Positions 9,076 through 18,400 of a stretch of DNA of 58,546 nucleotides are shown here, in pieces. Position 1 is the stretch's first letter, and every line of letters begins with the position of its first letter. A model generated the notes under the pieces. The model did not search any database and had not been told where the DNA came from. It was given only the letters and a program-made list of their open reading frames with translations. Source of the stretch: an uncultured virus (IMG/VR IMGVR_UViG_3300013232_000003) (Duplodnaviria; Heunggongvirae; Uroviricota; Caudoviricetes); the IMG/VR virus record IMGVR_UViG_3300013232_000003, positions 62,001 through 120,546 of that record; one strand, 5' to 3'. Position numbers and translations under genes: made by a program.

Positions 9076-9449
9076 CCGACCTCCAAGAACTTCAGGCAGA
9101 GACTCTCAAGAAGATAAAGCTTGCCATGTTGATCCCTATCAGCAAAGCTCTGATCGACGATTTCACGATCGATCGTGGCTCGGATCTTTACGCTGGGATG
9201 TACTACGACAAGCTGAAGAACATCTTCTGGGGGAAGTGGGCAGAAAGTACTGTGGTTGCTAAATACCCACAGAATTGGTGGGAGCATCTCAAAGAACGTT
9301 GGATGCCCTACAAGCTTCGGAAGAAGTTCCCGATCAAGTACACAGAAGTCCGAGCTCAAGGTGGAGTAGTGTTCCCTGTAACCAAACTACCAAATGGGAC
9401 GTTCATCTGGAGAAGCGGGAACGAAGTATACGACGAGGAGAAGAAATGA
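9072..9449 (+). CDS. hypothetical protein
   Basis: AAGGAG RBS; coupled overlaps on both sides. Confidence 0.7.
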   Translation: MTDLQELQAETLKKIKLAMLIPISKALIDDFTIDRGSDLYAGMYYDKLKNIFWGKWAESTVVAKYPQNWWEHLKERWMPYKLRKKFPIKYTEVRAQGGVVFPVTKLPNGTFIWRSGNEVYDEEKK

Positions 9450-9970
9450 AATTGATTGGAATAGATCCGGGGCTTGATGGTGCCGTGGCGATCATTCACA
9501 CGGCCAGCGGTCTGGTCCTGATCAACGACACCCCCATTACCACAATGACCAACGCCGGGGGCAAGAAGAAGCGCACGTTCCTGGCCCAGGAGATGGCCGA
9601 TCTTCTCATCCCGTTCGAAGACGACGACGTACACGTGTTCATCGAACAGGTCGGGGCCATGCCCAAACAGGGTGTTTCCTCCGTGTTCTCTTTCGGCAGG
9701 GGGTATGGGATATGGATTGGTATTACCGCCGCGCTGAGACTGCCCACAACATTCGTAACACCTCAACGGTGGAAGAAGGTGATTATGGATGGGATCGCGG
9801 ACAAGAATGCTGCGAGGCTCAGAGCACAGCAGCTTTTCCCAGCGGTTGCCCCTGCCATGAAGCTGGTGAAGCACGACGGACGCGCAGAAGCGCTTCTGAT
9901 TGCGGAGTACGGCCGTAGATCTCTTGGGCTCCAGTACAAACAGAAGGAACTGCCACTCAAAAAGAGGTAG
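9446..9970 (+). CDS. ruvC: RuvC-like Holliday junction resolvase
   Basis: IGIDPGLDGA, FIEQV, FSFGRGYG, DGRAEALLIA; ATG 9446 with GAGGAG RBS. Confidence 0.88.
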   Translation: MKLIGIDPGLDGAVAIIHTASGLVLINDTPITTMTNAGGKKKRTFLAQEMADLLIPFEDDDVHVFIEQVGAMPKQGVSSVFSFGRGYGIWIGITAALRLPTTFVTPQRWKKVIMDGIADKNAARLRAQQLFPAVAPAMKLVKHDGRAEALLIAEYGRRSLGLQYKQKELPLKKR

Positions 9971-9975
9971 TCATC

Positions 9976-10461
9976 ATGTCTCACAAACGGGCTTGCCTGC
10001 TTCCCAAGCAGGGGTATCTCTTCGGTGCCCCCCGGAGAGTGGGATACATCGAGGTATCCCCTAGGTTGGTGGACGCTCCTCTTCTACAAAACGCGTTGGA
10101 CTGTTTCAGATTGAAGCTGCTGGACGTTGCCCAACAGTTCCACAAGCATTGCTTCCTCCTTACTGTGGAAGGGGAGAATCTCCCGGAAATACCAGATGGG
10201 TTCAAGCCTCCCATCTACATGCTGGAGGTAAGCGAAGTAGCTCCTAGATTTGAAACCATCAGAAGCTGGAACCCTGGATTTCTACCTCCGGTAGTTGTTT
10301 CTCCAGCGATGCGACGATTCACGTTGAGATCGGTGGAAGGACTGGCCGTTCTAGAAGACACCGCTGGAGATACCGGGCCAGTTTCCAGAGACTCTCGACT
10401 TTACCGGCAGATGACCCCTGTATACTGGGTGTCTGAAAGCGATGACCCTTCAAGGCTATAG
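9976..10461 (+). CDS. hypothetical protein
   Basis: GAGG RBS; in gene string. Confidence 0.55.
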   Translation: MSHKRACLLPKQGYLFGAPRRVGYIEVSPRLVDAPLLQNALDCFRLKLLDVAQQFHKHCFLLTVEGENLPEIPDGFKPPIYMLEVSEVAPRFETIRSWNPGFLPPVVVSPAMRRFTLRSVEGLAVLEDTAGDTGPVSRDSRLYRQMTPVYWVSESDDPSRL

Positions 10462-10469
10462 GAGAGCGC

Positions 10470-10688
10470 ATGAGACGAAAAGGAAAGGAACCGTTTGCCG
10501 TGTCGTCTATAGGGAAGAACACCTACTACGCTACCCGAGGGAAGGTGCATCTGAAACATCCCGAAGAGTTCGAAGGCCAGATGACCTACTGCGGGTTGGA
10601 CCCTCACGACATGAACCACGTCACCACCGATGATGCAGAGGCCACCTGCCAACGCTGCTTGGCATACAAACACAAGCCCAAGCCATGA
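10470..10688 (+). CDS. small Cys/His-rich hypothetical protein
   Basis: AGGAG RBS; H..YCG..TCQRC. Confidence 0.6.
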   Translation: MRRKGKEPFAVSSIGKNTYYATRGKVHLKHPEEFEGQMTYCGLDPHDMNHVTTDDAEATCQRCLAYKHKPKP

Positions 10689-11122
10689 GAACGGAACTGG
10701 TAGTTGTAGTTTCCACGATCGGGCTACTGTGTGCTCTGGCAGCCGTAGAGATGTATAGGAAGTACTTCCCAAAATCCCACAGGTCATCGGGGATGACTGA
10801 GGAACAGTTTCAGGAGTACTGCCGTATCACCGAGAGGATCAAACGGGATGCTCTGGAAGTCCAAAAGCCAAAGCCCAAGAAAAAAGAACCGGTCTACCAC
10901 TGCGTCCTCAGTGTGACCATGACGAATAACTCGACCGAAGAGTGGTCGAACACCAGTTGGACCGGAGTGGCCCGGGAGTTCTACAGTTGGTACTTCGGAC
11001 GACCGCAGAGCGAGTGCTTCATAATGAAATCGATTGGAAAGGACGACCAGCGTTCAAGACAGACGGTAATCCTTCGCAAGAACATCTACTCCATCCACAC
11101 CTTCTGGAGAGTAAAAGCATGA
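10685..11122 (+). CDS. membrane-anchored hypothetical protein
   Basis: N-terminal hydrophobic segment; ATGA overlaps on both sides. Confidence 0.6.
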   Translation: MRTELVVVVSTIGLLCALAAVEMYRKYFPKSHRSSGMTEEQFQEYCRITERIKRDALEVQKPKPKKKEPVYHCVLSVTMTNNSTEEWSNTSWTGVAREFYSWYFGRPQSECFIMKSIGKDDQRSRQTVILRKNIYSIHTFWRVKA

Positions 11123-11442
11123 CTGGCGCTAAATGGGACGATGGGAAAGCGGAGTACGCCTTCCTGCAAAGCGAAGTGATTGAAGAAGTCCTCAAGATCT
11201 ACGCAGGCGGGGCCAAGAAGTACGGGCTTGGGAATTACCAGAAGGGCATCCACTACAGCCGGGTGTTCTCCGCGGCGATGAGACATCTGTGGGCTTGGTG
11301 GAGGGGTCAGGACCTCGACGAGGAGAGCGGGCTGTCCCATCTCAGTCACGCTTTGTGGAACATAATGACCCTGCTAGAATACGTCAAACGGGGCACCTAC
11401 AGCGGCTTTGACGACAGGGGGAACTACCGTGGCGGTCAGTGA
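11119..11442 (+). CDS. dATP/dGTP diphosphohydrolase-like domain protein (DUF5664 type)
   Basis: KWDDGK, GAKKYG..NYQKG, AAMRHL..W..GQDLDEESGLSHLSHA; start trimmed to ATG 11119. Confidence 0.85.
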   Translation: MTGAKWDDGKAEYAFLQSEVIEEVLKIYAGGAKKYGLGNYQKGIHYSRVFSAAMRHLWAWWRGQDLDEESGLSHLSHALWNIMTLLEYVKRGTYSGFDDRGNYRGGQ

Positions 11443-12055
11443 CGAGTACAACGAAATCAGAGCTAGATACGACGAGATCATTAGAGTGCCGATGAACGAG
11501 TTTGTCCCACGATCCTCGATCAACTACGTGGCTGTGGCAAACCAAGACAATGATCAGATCGAGACGAGCGTAACCACAACCACGGGGTCTTCTTCAGGAG
11601 ACGGTACTTGGATCACGATCCCGGATCTGACGGCCCCGATGCCCGAGCCGAATCCTATCAGGTACACCCGTTATGCTCCTACTTGGTCTGGTGATTCGAT
11701 AGTGGTAGGGCCTCCGAGCCCACAAGCCCCATTCACTATTTCAGATGAGGCCATGGAACGGCTGCGCCGGATAGTTGCCCCTCAACCAGTACAGCCAGTA
11801 GTTCCGGCCCCGGCGGAATCTTTGAGTGAAATGATCAAGGCCGTCCACTTCTACCCAGGGGGCCAGTGCGTGATCCTGGTAAATGGCCCCAAGATCAATG
11901 GGGGAGACACCAGCGATCCGATGAAGCAGCAACTCTCTCCCGAGCAGATCAAGCGTCTAGATCGGGAGCTAAAGGCGGCAATCATTAGGGCTTTCGATCT
12001 GGTGATCGATGCCAGAAAATTGCCCGAGTTCAAACGCACCCTCATCGTGGACTGA
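11429..12055 (+). CDS. hypothetical protein, Pro/Thr-rich, ending in KRTLIVD
   Basis: AGGGG RBS before GTG 11429. Confidence 0.65.
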   Translation: MAVSDEYNEIRARYDEIIRVPMNEFVPRSSINYVAVANQDNDQIETSVTTTTGSSSGDGTWITIPDLTAPMPEPNPIRYTRYAPTWSGDSIVVGPPSPQAPFTISDEAMERLRRIVAPQPVQPVVPAPAESLSEMIKAVHFYPGGQCVILVNGPKINGGDTSDPMKQQLSPEQIKRLDRELKAAIIRAFDLVIDARKLPEFKRTLIVD

Positions 12056-12056
12056 C

Positions 12057-12284
12057 ATGATTCTCTGTAAAAAGTGTGCTTTCGAGTTGGACGGGAAATG
12101 CCGACTGTACCCTCCCCAAATGAAAACGCACTTTGTCTCCCCGGACGACCAATTTGCTCCGGCGGACAAAAGAGCCGCAGGGTTCTACGTTTCCCACACT
12201 GCGGAGTATCCTTCCGTGAGTGATGAAGGACACGGGTGCTTCCAAGGAAAACTCACCGGGACTTACCAACAGGAGCTGCTATGA
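12057..12284 (+). CDS. small Cys-rich protein
   Basis: CKKC..GKCRLYPP..GCFQG. Confidence 0.65.
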   Translation: MILCKKCAFELDGKCRLYPPQMKTHFVSPDDQFAPADKRAAGFYVSHTAEYPSVSDEGHGCFQGKLTGTYQQELL

Positions 12285-12628
12285 CGATCAAGACCAAGAA
12301 GGACAGACCCGCCAGCCTTGCAGGACACACCTACTGCTTGGTTACTGGATGTGGTGAAATCTTTGTAACGATCAACAACGACGACGATGGACCGTTTGAG
12401 GTGTTCCTACGGCTGGGCAAGGCTGGAGGGTGCTCTGCGTGTACGAGTGAAGCAGTCGGACGCATGGCCTCGCTCGCCTTCCGTCTAGGAGGCACCCCAA
12501 GGCATGTTATCAAGCAGTTGTCTGGAATCTCCTGCCACCAGCCTGCGGGTATTGGGGACCACAGGGTTCTGTCCTGTGCCGATGCCGTGGCTACCGCGAT
12601 CCGGATGCACACCGAGACAGAGAAATGA
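12281..12628 (+). CDS. stand-alone TSCPD-domain protein (class II ribonucleotide reductase C-terminal/NrdJb-like)
   Basis: TGCGEIFVTIN, PFEVF..GKAGGC, EAVGRMASLAFR, IKQLSGISC, LSCAD; AGGAG RBS. Confidence 0.85.
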   Translation: MTIKTKKDRPASLAGHTYCLVTGCGEIFVTINNDDDGPFEVFLRLGKAGGCSACTSEAVGRMASLAFRLGGTPRHVIKQLSGISCHQPAGIGDHRVLSCADAVATAIRMHTETEK

Positions 12629-12906
12629 AGGGCATCGGCCGCTGGCCAGACGGCACTCTTCGAGACCCATTTGGTAATCTAGCCGACGACCCTATCCCAC
12701 TTCCACGTAGGGAGAGAAGACCTATGAAAAAGAAAATCCACTTGATTGGAACTAAGAAAAACCTCGAGCAAGTAGTGGCTGAAGACTTCTACGAGTTTGA
12801 CGACATCCGAGGAATGGGTGACGAGCAGTGCCAGGGACTGGGCGAAACCATCGTAGACATGCTCACCACTGGTTGTGTCACGATCAACGTGCAGACCCTG
12901 CCATGA
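12625..12906 (+). CDS. hypothetical protein
   Basis: ATGA overlap; alternative start at 12724 with GGAG RBS. Confidence 0.55.
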   Translation: MKGIGRWPDGTLRDPFGNLADDPIPLPRRERRPMKKKIHLIGTKKNLEQVVAEDFYEFDDIRGMGDEQCQGLGETIVDMLTTGCVTINVQTLP

Positions 12907-13076
12907 AGCGAGCCAAGAAGGCAGAAGTGACGGTGCAGACAGTCGAACAGAAGATACGATCGGTAGTCTGTCCACACTGCCACACTACACTCAAGGGAAT
13001 AGGCGGCGGGGACTACACAAAGCGTATCTCTTGCTGGGAGTGTAATAATCCAATCGATTTGATTCAACCGGAGTAG
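12903..13076 (+). CDS. small Zn-ribbon protein
   Basis: CPHC...CWEC; ATGA overlap. Confidence 0.6.
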   Translation: MKRAKKAEVTVQTVEQKIRSVVCPHCHTTLKGIGGGDYTKRISCWECNNPIDLIQPE

Positions 13077-13081
13077 AAAAG

Positions 13082-13321
13082 ATGCCCTGTGATCCACTCG
13101 TAGACCGGAATGGACTCCTAGTGGGGTTCGTTTGCTCCCCTTCCATGTTCGAGCCTATTCAACTGGCCCGTGGGATCTGGATGCTCTGGGACGATTATTT
13201 CGGGCCGACCTTCTACACCCGGAAGGATATGGAGAAAGAAATCGACGACTGGTACGAGAAACCGAGAATCGTGAAGCTATTCGACGAATGGCTCGCCGCC
13301 TACAAAAAGGAGAAAAAATGA
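13082..13321 (+). CDS. hypothetical protein
   Basis: GGAG RBS; coupled to next gene. Confidence 0.6.
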   Translation: MPCDPLVDRNGLLVGFVCSPSMFEPIQLARGIWMLWDDYFGPTFYTRKDMEKEIDDWYEKPRIVKLFDEWLAAYKKEKK

Positions 13322-13572
13322 CCTGTCCACACTGCAAGTATGAACACACGGAACACTTCAGCTTCAAGGGCAAGAAGGACGTCATCGGGGACAAAGGAGA
13401 CTTCTTCTACTACAAGAAGCGGATGCGCCGGGAGGGTTACAAGCCCTACCACAAGGTGGAAAAGGTGGATGTATACGCCTGTCCTTCCTGTGGGGCGCTC
13501 TTCATCCACCATGAGGATCACAATCCCTTCATCACGGAGGAGAAGACCGATGGCACTGAAGAAAAACTGTAG
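13318..13572 (+). CDS. small Zn-ribbon protein
   Basis: MTCPHC...ACPSCG; AAGGAG RBS. Confidence 0.65.
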   Translation: MTCPHCKYEHTEHFSFKGKKDVIGDKGDFFYYKKRMRREGYKPYHKVEKVDVYACPSCGALFIHHEDHNPFITEEKTDGTEEKL

Positions 13573-13699
13573 CACCTGCCTTCACGCGGAGCCTTCCGAC
13601 ATCGAAGACAAGATCTTCTGCACCGCGGACCTCTCTCCGCACTTCGAGGAGAACGATGTCGAGCCTGAAACGTGGTGCTACTGCTACGAGGAGGGATAA
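13550..13699 (+). CDS. small Cys-rich protein
   Basis: CSTCLH..FC..WCYCYE; GGAGG RBS. Confidence 0.6.
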   Translation: MALKKNCSTCLHAEPSDIEDKIFCTADLSPHFEENDVEPETWCYCYEEG

Positions 13700-14133
13700 T
13701 GTCCATCAAGTACGCCAGCTTTACCGTGAACATCCACGGTTTGGACACGGACATAAATCACATTCTGTTCCTCAAAGGATGGATCAGAGAGGCTGTCCTT
13801 GCCTCCCTGAAGGGAAAGGCCACGGATAGGTTCAACTGGAGGAATGAGTTCGACTCCGACCTCGAAGTAGTTCTCGAGGAGACCGCGGGGATAGACCCAG
13901 AGTACAAAGCGCCGGTCTGCAAGAACTGCCAGCACTGGAATCTGACAGGCACGGTACTGTCCCCTGAATACAACCTCGGCAGGTGCAACTCTCCCAAGTT
14001 CGTTTACGGTTATGGGAGCACACAGCACGATCCAGATGGGATCGCCGTGGAGGACGACGAGGGGTGGGGTACAGTATGCGGCCCGGAGTTCGGGTGCATC
14101 CACTACGAGGAGCGAAGCAATGACCCTGAATGA
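13699..14133 (+). CDS. hypothetical protein with C-terminal Cys-rich domain
   Basis: GAGGAGG RBS; CKNCQHW..GRC..GCIHYE. Confidence 0.7.
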   Translation: MSIKYASFTVNIHGLDTDINHILFLKGWIREAVLASLKGKATDRFNWRNEFDSDLEVVLEETAGIDPEYKAPVCKNCQHWNLTGTVLSPEYNLGRCNSPKFVYGYGSTQHDPDGIAVEDDEGWGTVCGPEFGCIHYEERSNDPE

Positions 14134-14368
14134 AGCCGCCAGAAATGGCATCGCTAGAGTCAGAAAGGAAGTCTGGATCAGCCCCACGGGCTATCTCAAG
14201 ATCGACCTGTTCCCAGAAGGAAATGGGTATGGTCCTTGGGCTCATCTTTACGATCGTGGGGTTCAAGAAGTACTCGGGGAGTCTACTCCTCAAGACATCT
14301 TGTCTTTCCAAATCATGGACACAGACTTCGTGCCCTACTATGGGGAACTCGATGCAGGCGATGTGTAG
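14120..14368 (+). CDS. hypothetical protein
   Basis: GAGGAG RBS before ATG 14120. Confidence 0.6.
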   Translation: MTLNEAARNGIARVRKEVWISPTGYLKIDLFPEGNGYGPWAHLYDRGVQEVLGESTPQDILSFQIMDTDFVPYYGELDAGDV

Positions 14369-14522
14369 AGACTGTCGATTCTTCACTCCCGACCGAGGGA
14401 TGTGGTGCATGAACGGATGGTCCAAAGACGGGAGCACGGGGTGGTGCTCCTGGGACCCCGTGAAAGTCTTCAAAGAGGAAAAAGAAGGGTGCCATCACTG
14501 GGATAGGGGGTGTATCCGATGA
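14352..14522 (+). CDS. small Cys-rich protein
   Basis: CRDCRFF..WC..GWC..GCHHW. Confidence 0.55.
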   Translation: MQAMCRDCRFFTPDRGMWCMNGWSKDGSTGWCSWDPVKVFKEEKEGCHHWDRGCIR

Positions 14523-15184
14523 ATGTAGTTGAACAGTCCGTGGAATTAATGGGGGACATCGACGGTGAAGAAATCCTCTGGAAGATCGAAGCAGCCGCCC
14601 GTAACTGCTACAAGAGCGAAGGCCGTAACGAAGAACGCTCCATCGAAAAGCGTAATGCACTTATCCGTCACGCTGTTCAGAGAGGGCATACCTCTGTACT
14701 TGAGCATGGAGTTCTCTCCTTTAGAGTCATCTGTGATCGAGGCGTATCTCACGAATGGGTACGACATCGAATCGGTTGGTCTTACTCTCAAGAATCGACA
14801 CGGTACTGCAATTACGGTCATGCCGAAGGGATCACAGTAATCTGGCCGACCCACAAGTTGGGACCGTATGTCCGGGACTTCACCTCCGAAGGCTATCCAG
14901 ATCGGTGCATCTGGATGGATGCGATGAGAAGCATGGAGAAGTACTACCTCCAACTCCTTGAGCTGGGGTGGAAGCCAGAAGATGCTCGAGATCCTTTGGG
15001 CATCGCGCTGAAAACGGAGATCGTCTGCACTGCCAACATCGTGGCGCTGCGGCACTTCTTCAAAATGCGCTGTGCTCCTGGAGCGCACCCAAAGATCCGG
15101 ATTCTGGCCGGGGAGCTTCTATACAAGGCCAGCGGGAAAATCCCCATCGTGTTCGATGACCTCAGGGAAAAATTCATCGGATAA
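14519..15184 (+). CDS. thyX: FAD-dependent thymidylate synthase
   Basis: GHTSVLEH and HEWVRHRIGWSYSQESTRY ThyX motif; AHPKIR. Confidence 0.95.
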   Translation: MNVVEQSVELMGDIDGEEILWKIEAAARNCYKSEGRNEERSIEKRNALIRHAVQRGHTSVLEHGVLSFRVICDRGVSHEWVRHRIGWSYSQESTRYCNYGHAEGITVIWPTHKLGPYVRDFTSEGYPDRCIWMDAMRSMEKYYLQLLELGWKPEDARDPLGIALKTEIVCTANIVALRHFFKMRCAPGAHPKIRILAGELLYKASGKIPIVFDDLREKFIG

Positions 15185-15213
15185 ACTGAAATCGATTTCA
15201 AAAGGGAGCCGCC

Positions 15214-15435
15214 GTGGACGAAGAATTGAACCTCCTGAAGAAGAAGCTCATCATCAAGGTGTTCGGGCTGCTGTTCATCGCTGGGTTCATCGTGGGGTTT
15301 CTTCTCCTCGGCGGCTGTACCGTGAGGGTCTCCGGGGAGATGTCCATCATGAAGAAGTGGGACCGGCCGGAAGAAGTGTACACCGTGAAACAAGAAACTG
15401 CCCCGCAAGCACCGGCAGTTGACAAAACCAAATGA
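15214..15435 (+). CDS. putative small lipoprotein
   Basis: KKK + hydrophobic stretch + LLGGC lipobox; GGGAG RBS. Confidence 0.55.
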   Translation: MDEELNLLKKKLIIKVFGLLFIAGFIVGFLLLGGCTVRVSGEMSIMKKWDRPEEVYTVKQETAPQAPAVDKTK

Positions 15436-15447
15436 GTGTGGAATAAT
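15419..15447 (+). promoter_or_regulatory. sigma70-type promoter of DNA polymerase
   Basis: TTGACA-17 bp-AATAAT; shares TTGACAAAACC..GTGTG with the 2731 promoter; AAGGAG RBS follows. Confidence 0.7.
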
Positions 15448-15473
15448 GTGTACTCAACATCAAGGAGAAACGC

Positions 15474-18400
15474 GTGGCCTTTCCGAAGAAATGCAAAGAG
15501 TCGGAGTGCCCGTACCACGCAGATAGAGGCGAAGTTCCATATGATGGACCCACGGCCACTGAACTCATCATCGTCGGAGAGAGTCCTGGTTTTGAAGAGA
15601 ACCGCATCGGTCGGCCCTTTTCAGGGATATCTGGCCGTTTCCTCATGGCCCTTCTGCGCCACATCGGTCTCGAACGGGACGAAGTTCTCCTCACCAACGC
15701 CGCCCGCTGCCGCATCGACAAGGACAAAGACAGCATCAAGAACCAGAACCTTGCGCTGAAGACCTGCCGCAAGAAGCTGGAACGTGTGATCCACAACGTC
15801 CGTCCGCGGGTCATCGTTGCCCTGGGTGGGGTTGCCCTTCGGCAGCTCACAGGTAAACAGAAGATCATGGAGAACCGGGGCAAGTTCTTCGACTCCCCGG
15901 AGTTCGACTGCAAGATCTTCGCGACGGTACACCCCGCGTGGATTCTCAGGCAGGGTGCCAGAGACGGGTTCTGGGATCAACCGATCGAGAAGATGAGCGC
16001 GACGGAGCGCATCCTGTTCATGGACTTCGAACAGGTCCAGAAGTACCTCAAGGACCCATCCATAGCTGGGATCAACACCGAGCGGTACACCAAAGGCAGA
16101 AAGTCCGATCTGGCGAAGCTCAAGGCAGCGGAAGTGCTGGCCGTGGACTTCGAGACAAACGGGCTGGATATCGAGAGCCCCAACACGAGAATCTTGAGCA
16201 TCGGGTTCTCCGCGGAAGAAGGGAAATCGATTGTATTTTTGCCAAAGAGAGATGGAAGTTTTCCCGAGCCGGTCCTCCAACTCCTCAGCGATCCTAACAT
16301 CACCAAGATCGTGGCAGCCAGACCCTTTGAAGAGCGGTGCGCCGTTAAGCTGGGACACCCCATGCCAGGGGACACCGTCCACGACGTTCTTTCAATGGCT
16401 CACGTCCTCGACGAGAACTTTTCAGGCGGATATAGCCTTGAGAAGGTTGCGGATCTCTACACTGGGCTCAAAAACATCAAGTCCATAGCTCAGGGGATGC
16501 GGGCCAACCTCGAGGAAGTGGACAAAGAAACGCTGGTCAAGTACAACGGGGTTGACTGCGATGCTACCTTGCGAGCTTTCCACATCATGCGCCGGATGCT
16601 CAGTAAAGATCCGGCTCTTGCCAATTACTACACCCACTTCACGCAAAAGATGCAGTCCATGTTCGCGGACCTGCACCACAACGGATGCCTCATCGACACC
16701 GAGGCTCTTGGCAGGGGTGAACGTGAACTGGAGGCAATCGCAGAGGCTTCCGAGAGGGAGGCTCTCAGGCTCATCCCAACAGCGATCACGACTGAAGAAA
16801 AGCACGAAGGGAAGCTGAGGCTCTCCCGTGATGCCCTCGTCCGGGACTACCTGTTTACCCACCCGGAAGGGAAGCGGCTCACGCCCAACCCGAAGTACCT
16901 GACTCCGAAGAAGAAAGAGCCGCAGATCACGGAGGATCACCTCAAACAGTTCCGCGGTCGGTTCATTGAGAACTACCTGCGGATGAAGAAGGCCAAGAAG
17001 ATCCTCTCCACATACCTCAAGAAGCTCTGGGTTCAAATGCACCACGACGGTCGTGTGTATCCCGACACGATCTTCACCCGCACGGTGACCGGTCGAACCG
17101 TCATGGTAAATCCCGCGATCCAGACGATCCCCCAGCGTGGGGAGTTCGCCAAGCACGTGAAGAAGGCCTTCGTGGCTGACCCAGGATGGGTCATGGGGGC
17201 CAGAGACCTCTCCCAGTCCGAGATCCGCATAGTGGGCTGGCTGGCACAGGACCCCAACATCCTAGGTGCCCTAGCGGCCAACGTAGACGTCCACACGAAG
17301 ACCGCGGCGATCATCAACAAGGTCCCGATCGAACAGGTCACGAAGGACATGCGCCAGAAAGCCAAGGCGTGTATCGCCGAGGGCGAACTGGTATCGGTCA
17401 AAAGCCCCAACGGGTGGTTTGCCTTCGTTCCGATCGAGAAGGTGGAACGGGACATGAAGGTATGGGATGGACAGGAGTGGGTTTCACACGATGGGGTCAT
17501 CTTCCAAGGGGAACGAGAGGTAATCACGTATGACGGTCTCACCGCAACGCCAGACCACACCGTCTTTCTTGAGGCAGGGGGACATTGTGACTTCGAGCAA
17601 GCCAAGGCCGAAGTCAGAGGCATTGCTACTGGCGATGCTGCGTTCGAAGGTAGTTGGGAGCCTTTCTATAACGGGAACCCACATCATTCCCGGAAAGCAC
17701 CGAAAAGTCCAAGCCCTGTGCCGCGTATGTGGAAAGACAAGTTTCCTGTCGGTAGACAACGTCCTCTCTGGAAGAACAAAGAACTGCCTCTGTCAGAAAG
17801 GGGTGAAATACAACCGGGATGCGAGAGCCGTTGTGTTGGGCGACCGGTACGATGCTATTCTTCAGAGAACTACCAATCCAACCAGTCGCTACTGGCCCAA
17901 CTACGGTGGCAGGGGGATCAAACTGAGATTCAGCTCCCGAGAATCCTTCATTTCCTGGATGCTCAAAAACCTGCCCCACCCGACGTACAAAGGTGTGCAG
18001 ATCGACAGACAAAACAACAACGGGCATTACGAGCCGGGAAACCTACGATTGGTTTCGCAGTTGATGAACCTCACGAACAAGCGAACCAGTGTGAAGGTCC
18101 CCTTCAAGTCTGTCTTGATAAATGCCCAGCATCTCTGGCACGTCTTGAAGACGATGTATCCCAGGTACCCGTTCAGCAGCGAGTGGACCAGCAAGTTAGC
18201 GAGAAGGGGGATGTCAGGGGACAAGATACTGGCGATGGGGATGAAGCGTCTGTACGAAGGGTGGTCAGGGTCTATGATATCCGAAACGCCGGACCCCGCC
18301 ATCGTTTCACTGTACAGGGAAAAATTGTCTCGAACTGCAATTTCGGGTTCATTTATGGGATGAGCGCCAAGAAGTTCCAGGGATACGCCAAGGACGAGTA

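Noticed and set aside
11119..11442. 2-aminoadenine (Z) or other modified-base genome
   Set aside because: No PurZ or other base-modification gene in the window, and this domain occurs in many unmodified phages; cannot be excluded for the rest of the genome.
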